A stretch of 64,000 nt of DNA from Squalus acanthias (lineage: Eukaryota): positions 6,882,001-6,946,000 of the forward strand of contig CM059453.1 in the NCBI GenBank assembly GCA_030390025.1, given 5' to 3'. Shown here one piece after another: positions 25,201 through 38,096 of the stretch (position 1 is its first letter; the number at the start of each line of letters is the position of its first letter). The notes under the pieces are model-generated. The model searched no databases. It saw nothing but the letters and a program-made list of their open reading frames with translations, and had not been told where the DNA came from. The position numbers and the translations under genes are program-made.

Positions 25201-26415
25201 TACAGTTTGATAACGAGCGGAATCTTATACGTACAGCAATACTTGACAAACTACCCAGCTCCATTGTTTATAATGCTTTTGCTTACATTGTACACTGATT
25301 CTGAATGTCTCTTCTGGAATTGACAATAGGTTGATAAAAGTCCGGGAGTCGTAAAGGAAACTGATGGGAACTGACACTGAGCTGTGATGATTGATTATCC
25401 TGGGCTGGCAGAGGCTGTCAAACTAATCCAGCTGACGATAGAGAGGTTCATCGTTGACCGCCAGGGTTGTCTATGAATGCTACAGAGGGAGCTCTGCAAT
25501 GAAAACACTGTTAGCATTACTCATGAAGTCTGCTATTCTATTAAAGCACGTCAAAAACTGTTTCAAAGTTACTCTGACCTTTAAAGCCCACAGCATTTCA
25601 GACATGTGGTTTGAATGTAAACATGTGCGGGATTGTAAATTAGAAAAATTAAAAGCAAAATTGAAAAATGCTAATAATTAACCTGAGAAATATGCTCATT
25701 TTCACAGCAATCCCTGGAATGTGAGGGTCTTTTCTATCCCATGAACCGGCTGTGTTGAGATATTGATGAGCTCCATCAGTCCAAAAGGATTAAATCCCGC
25801 TGGACTTGATTTAAACTTAATCGCGTCGTATTCAATGGACTCCTCATTCAGGAGATATCTTTCATGCTTGTGAAGACTTCAAAAATTCCCTGATTGCGTG
25901 CAGACCCTCTACACTTTGCGCTGATTGTTGGATGTAGATCAACTGATAACAATATTTCTATACTGGTCTTGGCTCTGTAACAGACAGGAGTGGATTAGAT
26001 AGGGAGCAAGAGATACGGTTGTCAGTGTGCCTCCTGTCCCAGAATAACCCTCTTTCTCGCTTCTCTGATCATATTCCATTGATCTCATTCAGTGAGGGGC
26101 ACGTTATGAGCTTTGGGACATACAGACGTCTGAAAAGACGAACAGGAAATAAACGACTGGCCAATGAGCATGTCCAAAACAGTCAAGACGTAACAATGCA
26201 CCATGACCACAGTATTCCCTCTCACCACCATGCAACCGCTCGCGGGAGGCAAAAATATGTAAACAGCACTCGGCCAATTCGGGAATCTGCAAAATTATTA
26301 TCCGACATCGAAGATGAACAAAACGAGTACCAAGTGGTTAACAGTGTCTATGAGGTAGATCACCCAACATCCCACCTAAGATTTGTATACACTGATATTA
26401 GCCAAAGGAAGGAAT

Positions 26416-26877
26416 TCGTCCTTATGACTTTTGAAGAAAGGTTGAGCATTTTGCGCCTGTACTCATTGGAAGTTAGAAGAATGAGAGGTGATCTTACTGA
26501 AACATATAAGATACTGAGGGGGTTCGACAAGGTAGATGCAGAGAGGATGTTCCCCTCGTGGGAACATCTAGAACTCGGGGGCATATTTTCAGAATAAAGG
26601 GTCGCCCTTTTAGAACTGAGATGAGGATGAATTTCTTCTCTCAGTGGGTCGTAAATCTGTGGAATTCACTGCCCCAGAGAGCCGTGGAGGCTGGGTAATT
26701 AAATACATTGAAGGTGGAGATCGATAGATTTTTGCAAGATAAGGGAGTGAAGGGTTATGGGGAACGGGTGGAGAAGTGGCTTTGAGCCCAAGCTCAGCCA
26801 TGATCTTATTGAATGGCGGAGCAGGTTCGAGGGGCCAATTGGCCTACTCCTGCTCCTGCTTCTCATGTTCTTATGTT
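26416..26877 (+). mobile_element. CR1 3' fragment (paralog about 52400-52862)
   Basis: MTFEERLS..LYSLE.RRMRGDL.ETYK. Confidence 0.88.
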
Positions 26878-27861
26878 GGTCCAGTTCCTTTTTGAATTGT
26901 TGCAGCGAATTCGTACTCATCACAAGAGCCGATAACTTATTACAAGTGTCGATGCACCCCTGGGTAAAGAAGAACCATCAGATATATAAAATAGTTTTAG
27001 GTTTTCATCTGGCGAATTATCAGGACAGCTACACCTTGTACCCAATGCATTACAATGGACGTGCTACAGTAAACCTGCTTACAACCAGGGACTGCAAACA
27101 GCAAATGAGATCAATGGCCAAGCAGTCACAATTTGCTGGCTTTGGAGGAGTTCTAACCACCAAGTGTGGAGCAATCCCATTCTTCTTGCAGTAGTGCATG
27201 AGATTGCTAACATCCACCAGAACCACTAGAACAGGCAGCCTGGGCCTGGGATTAAGATGTGCAGAGGAGTCTGTCCTCTCCTTCTCACAGTGCATGACAT
27301 TGAGAACATCAAGCTGAAGCCAAAGCCTCGGTATATCGGAAAGGCAGCAGCTCCAACAATGTGGCACGCCCGGAGTACGACAAAGGCTCAAATCCTGACG
27401 TGAGGTTGCAACCCACAACCTTCAGCATCATGGAGTGCGCGCTACCAAATCAGCCAAACTGACACCAAGACAAATGGAGGAAGATGCAAAAATGCTGGAG
27501 AAATGCGATGCGATTTCGACCTGTTCTTGCATCACACTGTGTTTATAATTTTAACCATAAGAGATAATATAGTCGGGGAGTATTCATTACTCTTGGTAAT
27601 GTATCTAATGAAATTAGGAAGTTGCTATTTTAGTCGGACTCATTTCAAAATAAGTCCAGACCAGAGAAAATGTCCATGAACCCATTTACCGATTAATGCA
27701 CACAATCTCCACTGCAACATTTCCCTGTTCATGGGGTGAGGAGGCCATTCCACCCTTTAAAAAGACGTTCAAACCATTTCCTATGACATCTGTTTAACTC
27801 TTGGATGTGTCTGTAATGTGATCCCAGACAATGTTCACAACATTCCATGTCCTCACTGACC

Positions 27862-27946
27862 TCAGTTCAGTGGGTTCTGCAACTCACAGTAAATCGCTGC
27901 ACCCTTGTCTGTAGGAGAGACCACAACAGGGACATTTACCTTCTTC
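27862..27946 (-). CDS. Siglec-like gene 2, exon 7: short cytoplasmic tail (RKKVNVPVVVSPTDKGAAIYCELQNPLN*)
   Basis: Acceptor ttctgtttcag, phase 2, stop TGA at 27864-27862. The seven exons total 1467 nt = 488 aa plus stop, with no internal stop. Confidence 0.8.
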
Positions 27947-28728
27947 CTGAAACAGAAAATACAACTTATTCACGTCTTCTAATTACAAATAATTCGCTTC
28001 AATACACCACCCAGTGTCCCTGTGTTGAACCACAGGGGGCGCACTATAGTAACTCGTTCTTGTTAAAGTTTCCTGATTGGCAGCGACCAAATTTAATTTA
28101 TTTTCTATCTCTACACTTTCCTAATTCCAAAGCAAGCATTCTCTCTATCTGATGAAGCTGGTTATATATATCTTGATCTGCTTTGACAAATTCAGTGTTC
28201 ACTGAACATTTTAAGCGAGCGGCCTCTACTGGTGCAGAATAACAATTGAACTTTATGCCAAGTCTTAAAAATGCACCGGAATTTGCCTTTTCGTGTCCAG
28301 CAATGGTTCTGTGGAGCATTTTATGACCTCCTGATTCATGAGGTCCTCCGCCAATATGGCCACGGGAGCTTTGAGCTGCCAAACCGTGTTCAGCTTAAAT
28401 TGTCTGTTATGAAATACAGCGCCTCCGCTCAAATGAGAGGCTAGCTTCTGCACCCATGTTCTGGACTGTCCCTTGATGTACAATCTTTGAACTAGGAAGT
28501 GAAAGACATGACATGGGACGCTGAACTACTGACAGTCCCGTACTTACCCCTCACAAGACACCTAAACTCCAGCAAGCCTTCCCTTTACAACTCTTAGATG
28601 AGATTCAGAGTCAATGATATCTGGGGTTAATTACATTAAGCAATATTTGCTCATGGGTTGAATTCTGATGTCACGTCCTTTTGAAATCTGTCTTATTAAA
28701 GCACGAGTATAAGTAATATGAACCATAC

Positions 28729-28828
28729 CTGTGTGAATCAATCTCTATCGTCACCAAGACAATGATGCCAATCAGAATGAGAACTGCGACGGCGGCTCTG
28801 ATTGTCATGACAAATCTCCAAAATGATC
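28729..28828 (-). CDS. Siglec-like gene 2, exon 6: Arg-containing transmembrane segment (GSFWRFVMTIRAAVAVLILIGIIVLVTIEIDSHR)
   Basis: Acceptor atattttag, donor AG|GTATGG, 100 nt, phase 1-2. Arg codon AGA at 28799-28797. Confidence 0.88.
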
Positions 28829-28934
28829 CTAAAATATAAAAAAAAACCGTGCTCGTCATTATTGCACTAAGATTATACCAAGATTCAAGACAGCATTTAA
28901 CAGCATGTAGGGGAAGCTGTTAAGAACAAAATGA

Positions 28935-29175
28935 ACTTATTTTTATATAGCGCTTTTGCCGACGTCTCAAAGCGCTATACAGCCAATGAAGTACTTTTGA
29001 AGTGTAGTCACTGTTGTAATGTAGGGAACTTGGCCGCAAAATTGCGCACAGCAAGCTCCCACAAACAACCATAAGGTAAATCAGCAGATAAATCTGTTTC
29101 TGTGTTATTGGTTGAGGGATAAATATTGGTCAGGGCACCAGAGGGAACTCCCCTGCTCTTCTTCAGAAGATTAAA
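28935..29175 (-). mobile_element. DeuSINE-like 3' fragment (paralog at about 54938-55175)
   Basis: Reverse complement of the 1730-1840 and 2070-2200 SINE body. Confidence 0.7.
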
Positions 29176-29759
29176 TATCGCAGTCTCCCTGAGAGACTGC
29201 ATCAATCCACGCCGCATACTCGGATCTGCTCGCTTGCTATCCGATATGTTAATTCAGTCTATAATCTGCTCTTTCAGTTATCGAAGTTATTCTGGCTCAA
29301 GTGTCAGTGTTATCGCACTGTATAGTTCTTTCAGAATATCTTCAGTACAACAAAACCGGCAGTAGGCTGAAATATCTGTGAAAAAATGTTGAACTGATCG
29401 ACTGTACCCCACTACAGTTACAATGAGAGGAATCATGATTTCATCGAGTGTGTCACTAAGTCAGAAGGTTCTGTTTTATAAAAGATCACACGCTGCTTCT
29501 AGTGTTTTATATTAGCCCTCCTATCTTCACAAAAACTAGGCGACAATAATCAAATTCAGATACCAGACTCTAAACTATACATGAATTATTCCCATCGTAA
29601 CTTTCAGCAAGGTAGCGCTCAGTGATGAACCAGTCCCAAACACTACTGAAATTAAAATTGTATTCTGTCCTACTTTGCAGATAAGAATGGTATTTCAGCT
29701 CAGTGGAATTAGACCGAACCGTTCGCAGTAATTAAATTACAGGAAAATGCAATATATAC

Positions 29760-30047
29760 CCCCAGATTGTAGCTGGTACTTTCCGACAGTAACGCCATGC
29801 TCATTTACTCCAAAACATGAGATCAGGTGCCCAGTTCCAGTTGGGTGAGTCAGTGTCAGGGAGCTCTGCACCAGGTGCCTATTCAACTCCGAGGAGAGGA
29901 TATTGATTTCTGAACTGTTCGCAGTGATGTTTCTCCCATTGATGCCCCAGGTGATGTTTGCTGGTGGGTTGGCTCTGACACTGCAGGTACAATGAATCCC
30001 ACTCTCAGAACTGGTGCAGGTCGGGCCTGATACTATTGTGGGTTCAT
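29760..30047 (-). CDS. Siglec-like gene 2, exon 5: Ig domain 4
   Basis: 288 nt, acceptor ttttttag, donor G|GTATAT, PTCTSSESGIHCTCSVRANPP. Confidence 0.9.
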
Positions 30048-30515
30048 CTAAAAAAAGAGAAGTAAAATTGAGATAGTTTCCATACAGCAGTTTGCAGTGT
30101 CTAAATAGAACCAATTTCGGCGTTTCGATTAAACAGAGAGTTCACTGCGCATAACGAGTTTCGTTAGAATCAGTTAATTTTACATTTATGTAATGCTTCA
30201 TCAGACTTTACTTTCCCCTAATTTCGAGCACGGCAATAAATCAGGTATAACATTGCATCAAGCCAATTTGCAATCAATTGATCCATATATTTCCTGGAGC
30301 AACATGTGTGATGAGGGGGTTGTCCTATGATGAGAGATTGAGTAGATTGGGCCTAAACTCTCTGGAGCTTAGAAGAATGAGAGATGATTTCATTGAAACA
30401 TATAAGGTTCTAAGGGGGATTGACAGGGTAGTTGCTGAGAGGCTGTTTCCCCCGACTGAAGAGTCTAGAACTAGGGGGCATAGACTCAGGATAAGGGGTC
30501 GGCTATTTAGAACAG

Positions 30516-33500
30516 TGGCAGCGGCGAGGATCCGATGCAAAAACAACAAAAAAAGCAGAGTGACGTCACAGGAAAGCAGGTAGGTGATTGGTTGATGAGT
30601 ATTTCAGCTCTTTTAGGCTCTATTAGTTAGGGAAGGGGTTAAATTAAAAGCCGAGAAACGGTAACTTCCAATACATATTAAATTGATAACTTAAATTAGA
30701 TAAAATAATTAAAAATAAAATATCGTTTGAATAAAAGCTTTAACTAATTAATTAATAAATGACACAAGGTTAGAGATGACAGGGCAGGTGGTATGTCGTA
30801 CCTGCAGCATGCGGGAGACTGCGGAGAGCATCGCGATCCCGAGCAACCACATCTGCAGTGTCTGCGACTCGAGGAACTTCGGCTCAGAATTGTTGAGCTG
30901 CAGTACGAGCTGCAGACATTGCGATGCATCAGGGAGGGGGAGAGTTACCTAGACACTTTGTTCCAGGGGGCAGTAACACCCTTTATGTTAAGTAGAACTT
31001 TAGAGTTCGTCAGTGGTCAGGGACAGGAGTGTGTGCCCGCGATTCAGGAAGGTATGGGGAGCCAGGATGTAGTGATGGAGGAGCATTAGCCCTGGATCTT
31101 GTCCAACAGGTACGAGGTACTTGCTACCTGTATGAATGAGGAAAAGGACTGCAAGGAGAATGAGCAAACTGACCACGGCATTGTGGTACAGGGGGCCATT
31201 CAAGTAGGGGGAGAAGGAAGGAATGTGGTTGTAGTAGGGGGCAGTATATTCAGGGGGGTAGTTACTGATCTCTGCAGCTGCGAAAGAGAGTCCCGAACGC
31301 TGTGTTGCCTGCCCGGTACCAGGGTTAAGGATAACTCCTCACGGCTGGAGAAGAATTTGGAGCGGTAGGGGGTGGATCCATTTGTCATGGTCCATGTAGA
31401 AATCAACGACCTAGGTAGAACCAGGAATGATGTTCTGCTGAGGGAGTTAGAGGAGCTATGATATAAATTAATAATCAGAACAACAAGGATAATAATCTGT
31501 GGAATACTAACTGAGCCACGCGCAAATTGGCATAGGGTCAAGCAGATCAGAGAGTTAAATGCGTGTTTCAAAGTGTGTGTGGGAAGAAGTGTTTTCAATT
31601 CATGTGGCAGTGGCGTCTGTAGATAGGTCATTAACCAAAAAAAATGGGGTAGGGTTCAGTTTAGTGGGAATTTAGAAATCTAAAAAGAAAAGTGCAGGGA
31701 ATAGAGCAGTGTAGCGATTTGGGTAAAAATAAGAGGATTGTGACAGGTAGGCGCGGAAAGTTTAATGGTAGCAGTGCAGCAGAGAATAAGGTCAAAACAG
31801 GGATTAATGGTAAAAAAATAAAGCCTCTTTATCTGAAAGCACGAAGCATTCGTAACAAGATAGACGAACAAGTGGCACAGATAGAATTAAATGGGTTTGA
31901 TCTAATAGCCTGTACAGAGACGTGGTTGCAAGGTGAACAAGGTTGGGAACTAAATGTTCCAGACACTTGACATTTCAAAAAGACAGGCGAAATGGAAAAG
32001 GAGGGGGAGTAGCGCTGATAATAAAGAATGACATAAGGAAAGTAGAGTAAAAGAATCTCGGCTCGGAAGATCAGGAAGTAGAATCAGTATGGGTGGAGAT
32101 AAGGAATAACAAGGGGCAGAAAACACTGGTGGGACTAGTATATAGGCATCCTAAAGTAGCTATACCGTTGGACAGAATATTGATCAAGAAATAGTAGGAG
32201 CTTGTAACAAAGGTAATACAATAATCGTGGGGGACTTTAATTTTCATATAAATCTGGAGGACGAGTTCATGGAATGCATTCGGGACAGTTTCCTTGAACA
32301 ATGTGTCATCGAACCAACCGTGAATCAGGCTATTTTCGATCTTGTACTCTGTAATGAGACAGGATTAATTAATAATCTCATAGTAAAGGATTCTCTGGGG
32401 CAGAGTGAGTCAACATAATATGATATAATTTCAAATTAAGTTTGAGAGTGACTTACCTAGGTCTGAAACTAGAATCTTAATCTTAAATAAATCCAATTAC
32501 ATAGGTATGAGGGGCGAGTTCGCTAAGGTAGATTGTAAAAATAGATTAAAATGTATGGTGGTAGATAAGCAGTGGCTAGCATTTAAAGAAATATTTCATA
32601 ATTCTCAACAAAAATACATTCCATTGAGAAACAACAATTCTACGGGAAAACTGATCCAACCCTGGCTACTTAAAAAATTAAGGATAGCATTAGATTGTAA
32701 GAAGAAGGTTATAACGTTGCAAAGAATAGCAGTAAGCGTGAGGATTGGGACAGTTCCAGAAACCCGCAAAGGACGAGCCAAAAATTGATGAGAAGGGATA
32801 AAATAGAATGAGAGAAAAATGGCAAGAAATATAAAAGCAGATTTTAAGTGTTTAGACAAGTATGCAAAAAGGAAGAGAAGAAGCAAAAGTAAATGTTGGT
32901 TCCTGAGAGGCTGAGACAAGATAAATTCTTATGGGGAATAAGGAAATGGCAGAAACGTTAACCAAATATTCTGTATCTGTCTCCACAGTACAAGACACAA
33001 AAAGCATACCACAAATGGTGGGGAACCAAGGGTCTAATGAGGGTGAGGTACTAAACGTAATTAATATAATTAGAGAAAAAGTGCAGGAGAAAGTAATGGG
33101 ACTAAAAACCGACAAATCCTCTGGACCAGACGGCCTACATCCTAGGGTTCTAAAAGAGGTGGCTGAAGAGATAGTTGATGCATTGGTTTTGATCTTTCAA
33201 AATTCCAAAGATTCTAGAAATTTCCCAGCAGATTTGAAGTTCGCAAATATAACACCGCTATTCAATAAAGGAGGGAGAGAGAAAACAGAGAACTACAGGC
33301 CAGTTAGCCTGATATCAGTCGTCGTGAAAATGCTGGAATCCATTGATAATGAAGTGGTAACAGGGCACTTAGAAAATCATAACATGATTCGGCAGAGTCA
33401 ACATGGTTATATGAAAGGGAAACCGTGTTTGAAAAATTTATTACAGTTTTTTGAGGATGTAACTAGCAGGGTAGATCAAAGGGAATCAGTGGATGTAGTA

Positions 33501-34708
33501 TATTTGGATTTCCAAAAAGGCATTCGATAAGGTGCCACATAAGAGGTTGTTACACAAGATTAGGGCTCGTGGAATTGGGGGTAATATAGTAGTGTGGATA
33601 GAGCATTGGTTAACGGGCAAAAAACAGAGAGTAGGGATAAACAGATCTTTTTTCAGGTTGGCAGGCTGCAACTAGTGGGGTGCCGCAAGGATCAGTGTTG
33701 GGGCCTCAGCTATTTACAATCTATATTAATGACCTAGATGAAGGGATCGAGTGTAATGTATCCACGTTTGCTGACGATACAAAGCTTGGTGGGGCAGTAA
33801 GCTGTGAGGAGAACACAAATGATCTGCAAAAGGATATAGATAGACTCAGTGAGTGGGCAGTAAGGTGGCAGATGAGGTATAATATAGGGAAATTGGAGTT
33901 TATTCACTTTGGTCGGAAGAATAGAAACACAGATGATTTTTAAAAGGGTGAGAACCTTTCAAATGTTGGTTTTCAGAGAGATTTGGGTGGCCTCGTGCAA
34001 GAAACACAGAAAGCTAGCATGCAGGTACAGCAAGCAATAAGGAAAGGCAAATGGCATGTTGGCCTTTATTGCAAGGGGGTTGGAGTACAAGAGTAAGGAA
34101 ATCTTGCTACAATTGCACAGGGCCTTGGTGAGATCACACCTGGAGTACTGTGCACAGTTTTGGTCTCCTTATCTAAGGAAGGATATACTTGCCTTGGAGG
34201 CGGTGCAACAAAGGTTCACTAGATTGATCCCATGGATGAAAGGGTTGTCCTATGAGAAGAGATTGACTAGATTGATCCTATATTCCCTCGAGTTTAGAAG
34301 AATGAGAGGTGATCTCATTGAAACATACAAGATTCTGAAGGGTATTGCTATGGTAGATGCTGAGAGGTTTTTTCGGCCTGGCTGGTGTGTCTAGAACCGG
34401 GGTCACTATCTCAGGATAAGGGGTAGGTATGCGATTTAAGACTGAGATGAGGAGAAATTTATTCACTCAGAGGGTTGTGAATTTTTGAAATTCTCTGCCC
34501 CAGAGGGCTATGAATGCTGAGTCTTTGAGTATATTCAAGGCAAAGACAGATAGCTTTTTGGATTCATGTGGAATCAAGGGATATGGAGATCGGATGGGAA
34601 AGTGGAGTTGAGTTCGATGATAAGCCATGACCTTATTGAATGGTGGAGCAGGCTCGAGAGGCCGAATGGCCTAATCCTGCCCCTATTTCTTATGTTCTTA
34701 TGTTCTTC
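30516..34708 (+). mobile_element. Near-full-length, decayed CR1 LINE in the gene 2 domain 3-4 intron
   Basis: ORF1 remnants (CxxC knuckle from ATG 30776, ELRLRIVELQYEL coil, GDSL-esterase-like block). ORF2 remnants (ACTETWL, GDFN endonuclease; PQGSVLGP, FADDTKL RT). TATGTTCT tail. Many stops and frameshifts. Splits an older CR1 fragment (about 30310-30515 and 34709-34980). Confidence 0.92.
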
Positions 34709-35137
34709 TGACAGAAATGAGGAGGAATTTCTTCACTCAGAGGGTTATGAAACTTTGGAATTCTCTACCCCAAAGCGCTGTGGATGCTGAGTCGTTGATT
34801 ATATTTAAGGTCGAGATCGATAGATTTTTGGACTCTAGGGAGCTAAAGGGATATGGGGATCGGGCGGGAAAGTGGAGTTAAGGTCAAAGATCAACCATGA
34901 CCTTATTGAATGGCGGAGCAGGCTCGAGGAGCCGAATGGCCAATTCCTGCTCTTAATTCTTATGTTCTTATGCTGTTATGTTGCGAGGTTTCCCCGAGTT
35001 ACAATCTTGTAAACAAACCTGGTTAATTCCAACCAATGTCATTTCTGCTAAACATTTCAATAACTTCGGATCAGTTTTTGTCTTTATTTAACACTATAAA
35101 TTTCTACCTTTGTGCTGGACTAAAATGTTTCTCCACT

Positions 35138-36175
35138 TCAATGTTTTTGTGACTGGAAGACTGTTTCCAGTGGGATTCCACAGGGCTCAGTACTGGGTCC
35201 TTTGCTTTTTTGGTATATATCAATGATTTGGACTTGAATGTAGGAAGTATAATTAAGAAGTTTGCAGATGATACAAAAATTGGCCATGTGCCTGATAATG
35301 AAGAAGAAAGCTGTGGACTGCAGAAAGATATCAATGGACTGGTCAGGTGGGCAGAACAGTGGCAAATGGAATTCCATTTGGAGAAGTGTGAGGTAATGCA
35401 TTTCGGGAGGGCTAACAAGGCAAGGGAATAAACTATAAATGGTAGGACACTGAGAAGTGCAGAAGATCAGTGGGACCTTCGAGTGCATGTCCACAGACCC
35501 CTGAAGGCAGCAGGGCAGGTATGTTAAGAATACATACGGGATACTTGCCTTTATTAGCCGAGGCTTAGAATATAAGAGCAGGGAGGTTATGCATGAACTG
35601 TACAGAACACTAGTTAGGCCGCAGCTAGAATACTGCATGAAGTTCTGGTCACCACATTACAGGAAGGATGTGTTTGCATTAGAGCTGGTTCAGAGGAGTT
35701 TTACGAGGATGTTGCCTGGGTTGGGGAATTTTAGCTATGAGGAAAGATTGGACAGGCTGAGGTTGTTTTCTTTGGAACAGAGGAGGCTGAGGGGAGACCA
35801 AATTGAGGTGTATCAACGTATGAGGGGCCAAGATAGAGTGGATAGGAAGGACCTATTTCCCTTAGCAGAAGGGTCAATAACCAAGGGAATAGATTTAAAG
35901 TAAATTGCTAGAAGGATTAGAGGGGATTTGAGGAGAATTTTTTTCACCCAGTGGGTGGTGGGGGTCTGGAACTCACTGCCTGAAAGGGTGGTAGAGGCAG
36001 AAACCCTCATCACATTTTAAAATTACTTGGATATGCACTTGAAGTGCTGTAACCGACAGTTCTACGGACCAAGAGCTGGAAAGTGATATTAGGGTGGATA
36101 GCTCTTTGTCGGCCGGCACAGACAAGGTGGGCCGAATGGCCTCCTTCTGTGCTGTAAATTTCTATCCTTCTATGA
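35138..36175 (+). mobile_element. CR1 ORF2/3' fragment
   Basis: YINDLD..KFADDTK, LYRTLVRPQLEYC. Confidence 0.9.
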
Positions 36176-36489
36176 TTCAGGGCCGCTGGGTTCAGTCCGC
36201 CGTACAGAAATTTTGCCTTTGCACATCCCACATATTCATTCAGTTGGTTTTAGCCAATCAGAGATGCATTCTACCTGGAGTTGTGTATCGGGTTCGCCAG
36301 TTGTTTTTTAACAGTGTCTTTTACTCAATGAATTTGGTTCAAGCACCCTTCTTTTACTGACTTTTCTGGCAATATTACTGACGGGTTTTAAGACAGTTGT
36401 ATGAACAATGGGGAAATACAGCGAGGCCTAATCACTGTAAGACGGGTTGATGTCCCAATATACATTTGATAGGTTGACACAGCACTTAC

Positions 36490-36747
36490 ATTGTACAGAA
36501 ATCTGTGTGGAGCTGTTCGCTTTGCCCAAGTTATTGTCAGCCACGCACCAATATTCACCGTTATCTTCAGAACTAATGTTGTGGAATATCTGCTTCAGTT
36601 CACCTGTGGAAGACCTGCTGATCTCTTCACCATTTCGGACCAACGTTAAATTGCCCGGTATGGTCCCCCGGGCCGTGCAGTATAATAATAAAGTGCTCCC
36701 TTCCACTGCCGCTATAGAGCAATTGATGGCTGTTTTTTGTGGGCCAT
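36490..36747 (-). CDS. Siglec-like gene 2, exon 4: Ig domain 3
   Basis: 258 nt, canonical splice sites, EDNGEYWCVADNNLG. Confidence 0.92.
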
Positions 36748-38096
36748 CTGGAAGGGATGATGCCATTGGTTCTAAATGTGGTTATCAGTGCGGATGAGGA
36801 AAATAAAACAACATATGTGACAACTAAAGAAGAATATTAAAGTAAGATATGATGGTTTTCTTGTAAACTATAAATTCAAAATGCAGCCCATGACTTTTAC
36901 GCACTAGATGTTAAGCTTATTCCAAAAATAAACATTCATCTCTTCAAGGATTTGAAGAGTTGCATGTTTTCCCGTGTTAGGTTCTATTCCTCCGGTACAT
37001 CCCGTGTAAGGTTCTATTCCTCCGGTACATCAACCAAGTGGCCATTCCTCCAAGAATAAGTAGGATGGACTTTCCCATCTCTTACACAGTGGTGCTGAGG
37101 CCAATTGTAGAATCCCGACCACCGCCCCAGCTAAATTGCGCCACAGGTTAGCAAGACCATAAAAAAGCAAACCAAGCACCAGGGTTTATTCCGAGAAGGA
37201 TAGAATTAAAAAGTAGGGAATTTATGCTAAATCTATATCGAACCTCGGTTAGACCACACTTAGAGTACTGCGTGCAATTCTGGCCGCCATATTATAAAAA
37301 GGATATAGAGGCACTGGAGAGGGTGCAGAGAAGAATTGCAAGGATGATGCCAGAAATGCGGGGTATATATATCAGGAAAGGATGAACAGGCTGGTCTCTT
37401 TTCTCCTGAAAAAAGAAGGCTGAGGGGCGACCTAATAGAGCTCATTAAAATTATGAAAGGCTTTCATAGAGCGGATACAGAGAGAATGTTTCCACTTGTG
37501 GGGAAGAAGATAACTAGAGACCATCAATATAAGATAGTCACCACAAATCCAACAGGGAATTCAGAAGAAACTTCTTTACCCAGAGAGTGGTGAGAATGTG
37601 GAACTCGCTACCACAGGGAGTGGTTGAAGCGAATAGTGGAGATGCATTTAAGGGGAGGGTGGACAAGCATATGAGGGAGAAGTTAATAGCGGGTTAGGCT
37701 GATAGATTTAGATGAGGAAAGACGGGAGGAGGCTCGAGTGGAGCATAAACGCCGGCATGGACTGGTTGGGCCCAATGACCTGTTTCTCTGCCGTATGTCC
37801 TATGTATATATGTGAGTTAGCTCAGACCATGAATGGAGTCTCCTTGGCCTGTATGTTCCAGTTACTCTGTGGCTGAACAAAAATCAGGTGTTGGAAGCCT
37901 TTGCAATTATATTTCATATAAACCACATCCCTGTAGTGACCAATATTACTCCATGGTTCTGGGGCAAATGTGAAATAATGTGACTTACAAGAAGCTTCAA
38001 TTGTCCAGGCGAGCTATCACTATATTTAGCATACAGACATCTATTGAACCGCTTCATCAATAAGTTGGTTGAATGAAGCGTAGAGCAGGCACTTAC

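Larger units (their letters stand above)
8357..36226. repeat. Segmental duplication unit A; its paralog unit B runs from about 36227 to beyond 64000
   Basis: Colinear anchors: 12510/40425, 18581/46384, 22255/47823, 27946/53934, 30047/56097, 30793/60980. Offsets shift with TE insertions and deletions. Boundaries approximate. Confidence 0.9.

Noticed and set aside
25454-25681. 75-aa ORF as an exon of a plus-strand gene
   Set aside because: No recognisable domain or convincing splice sites.
30776-34394. Active CR1 or host esterase gene
   Set aside because: ORF1 and ORF2 are broken by many stops and frameshifts; the GDSL-like block is the normal CR1 ORF1 esterase.
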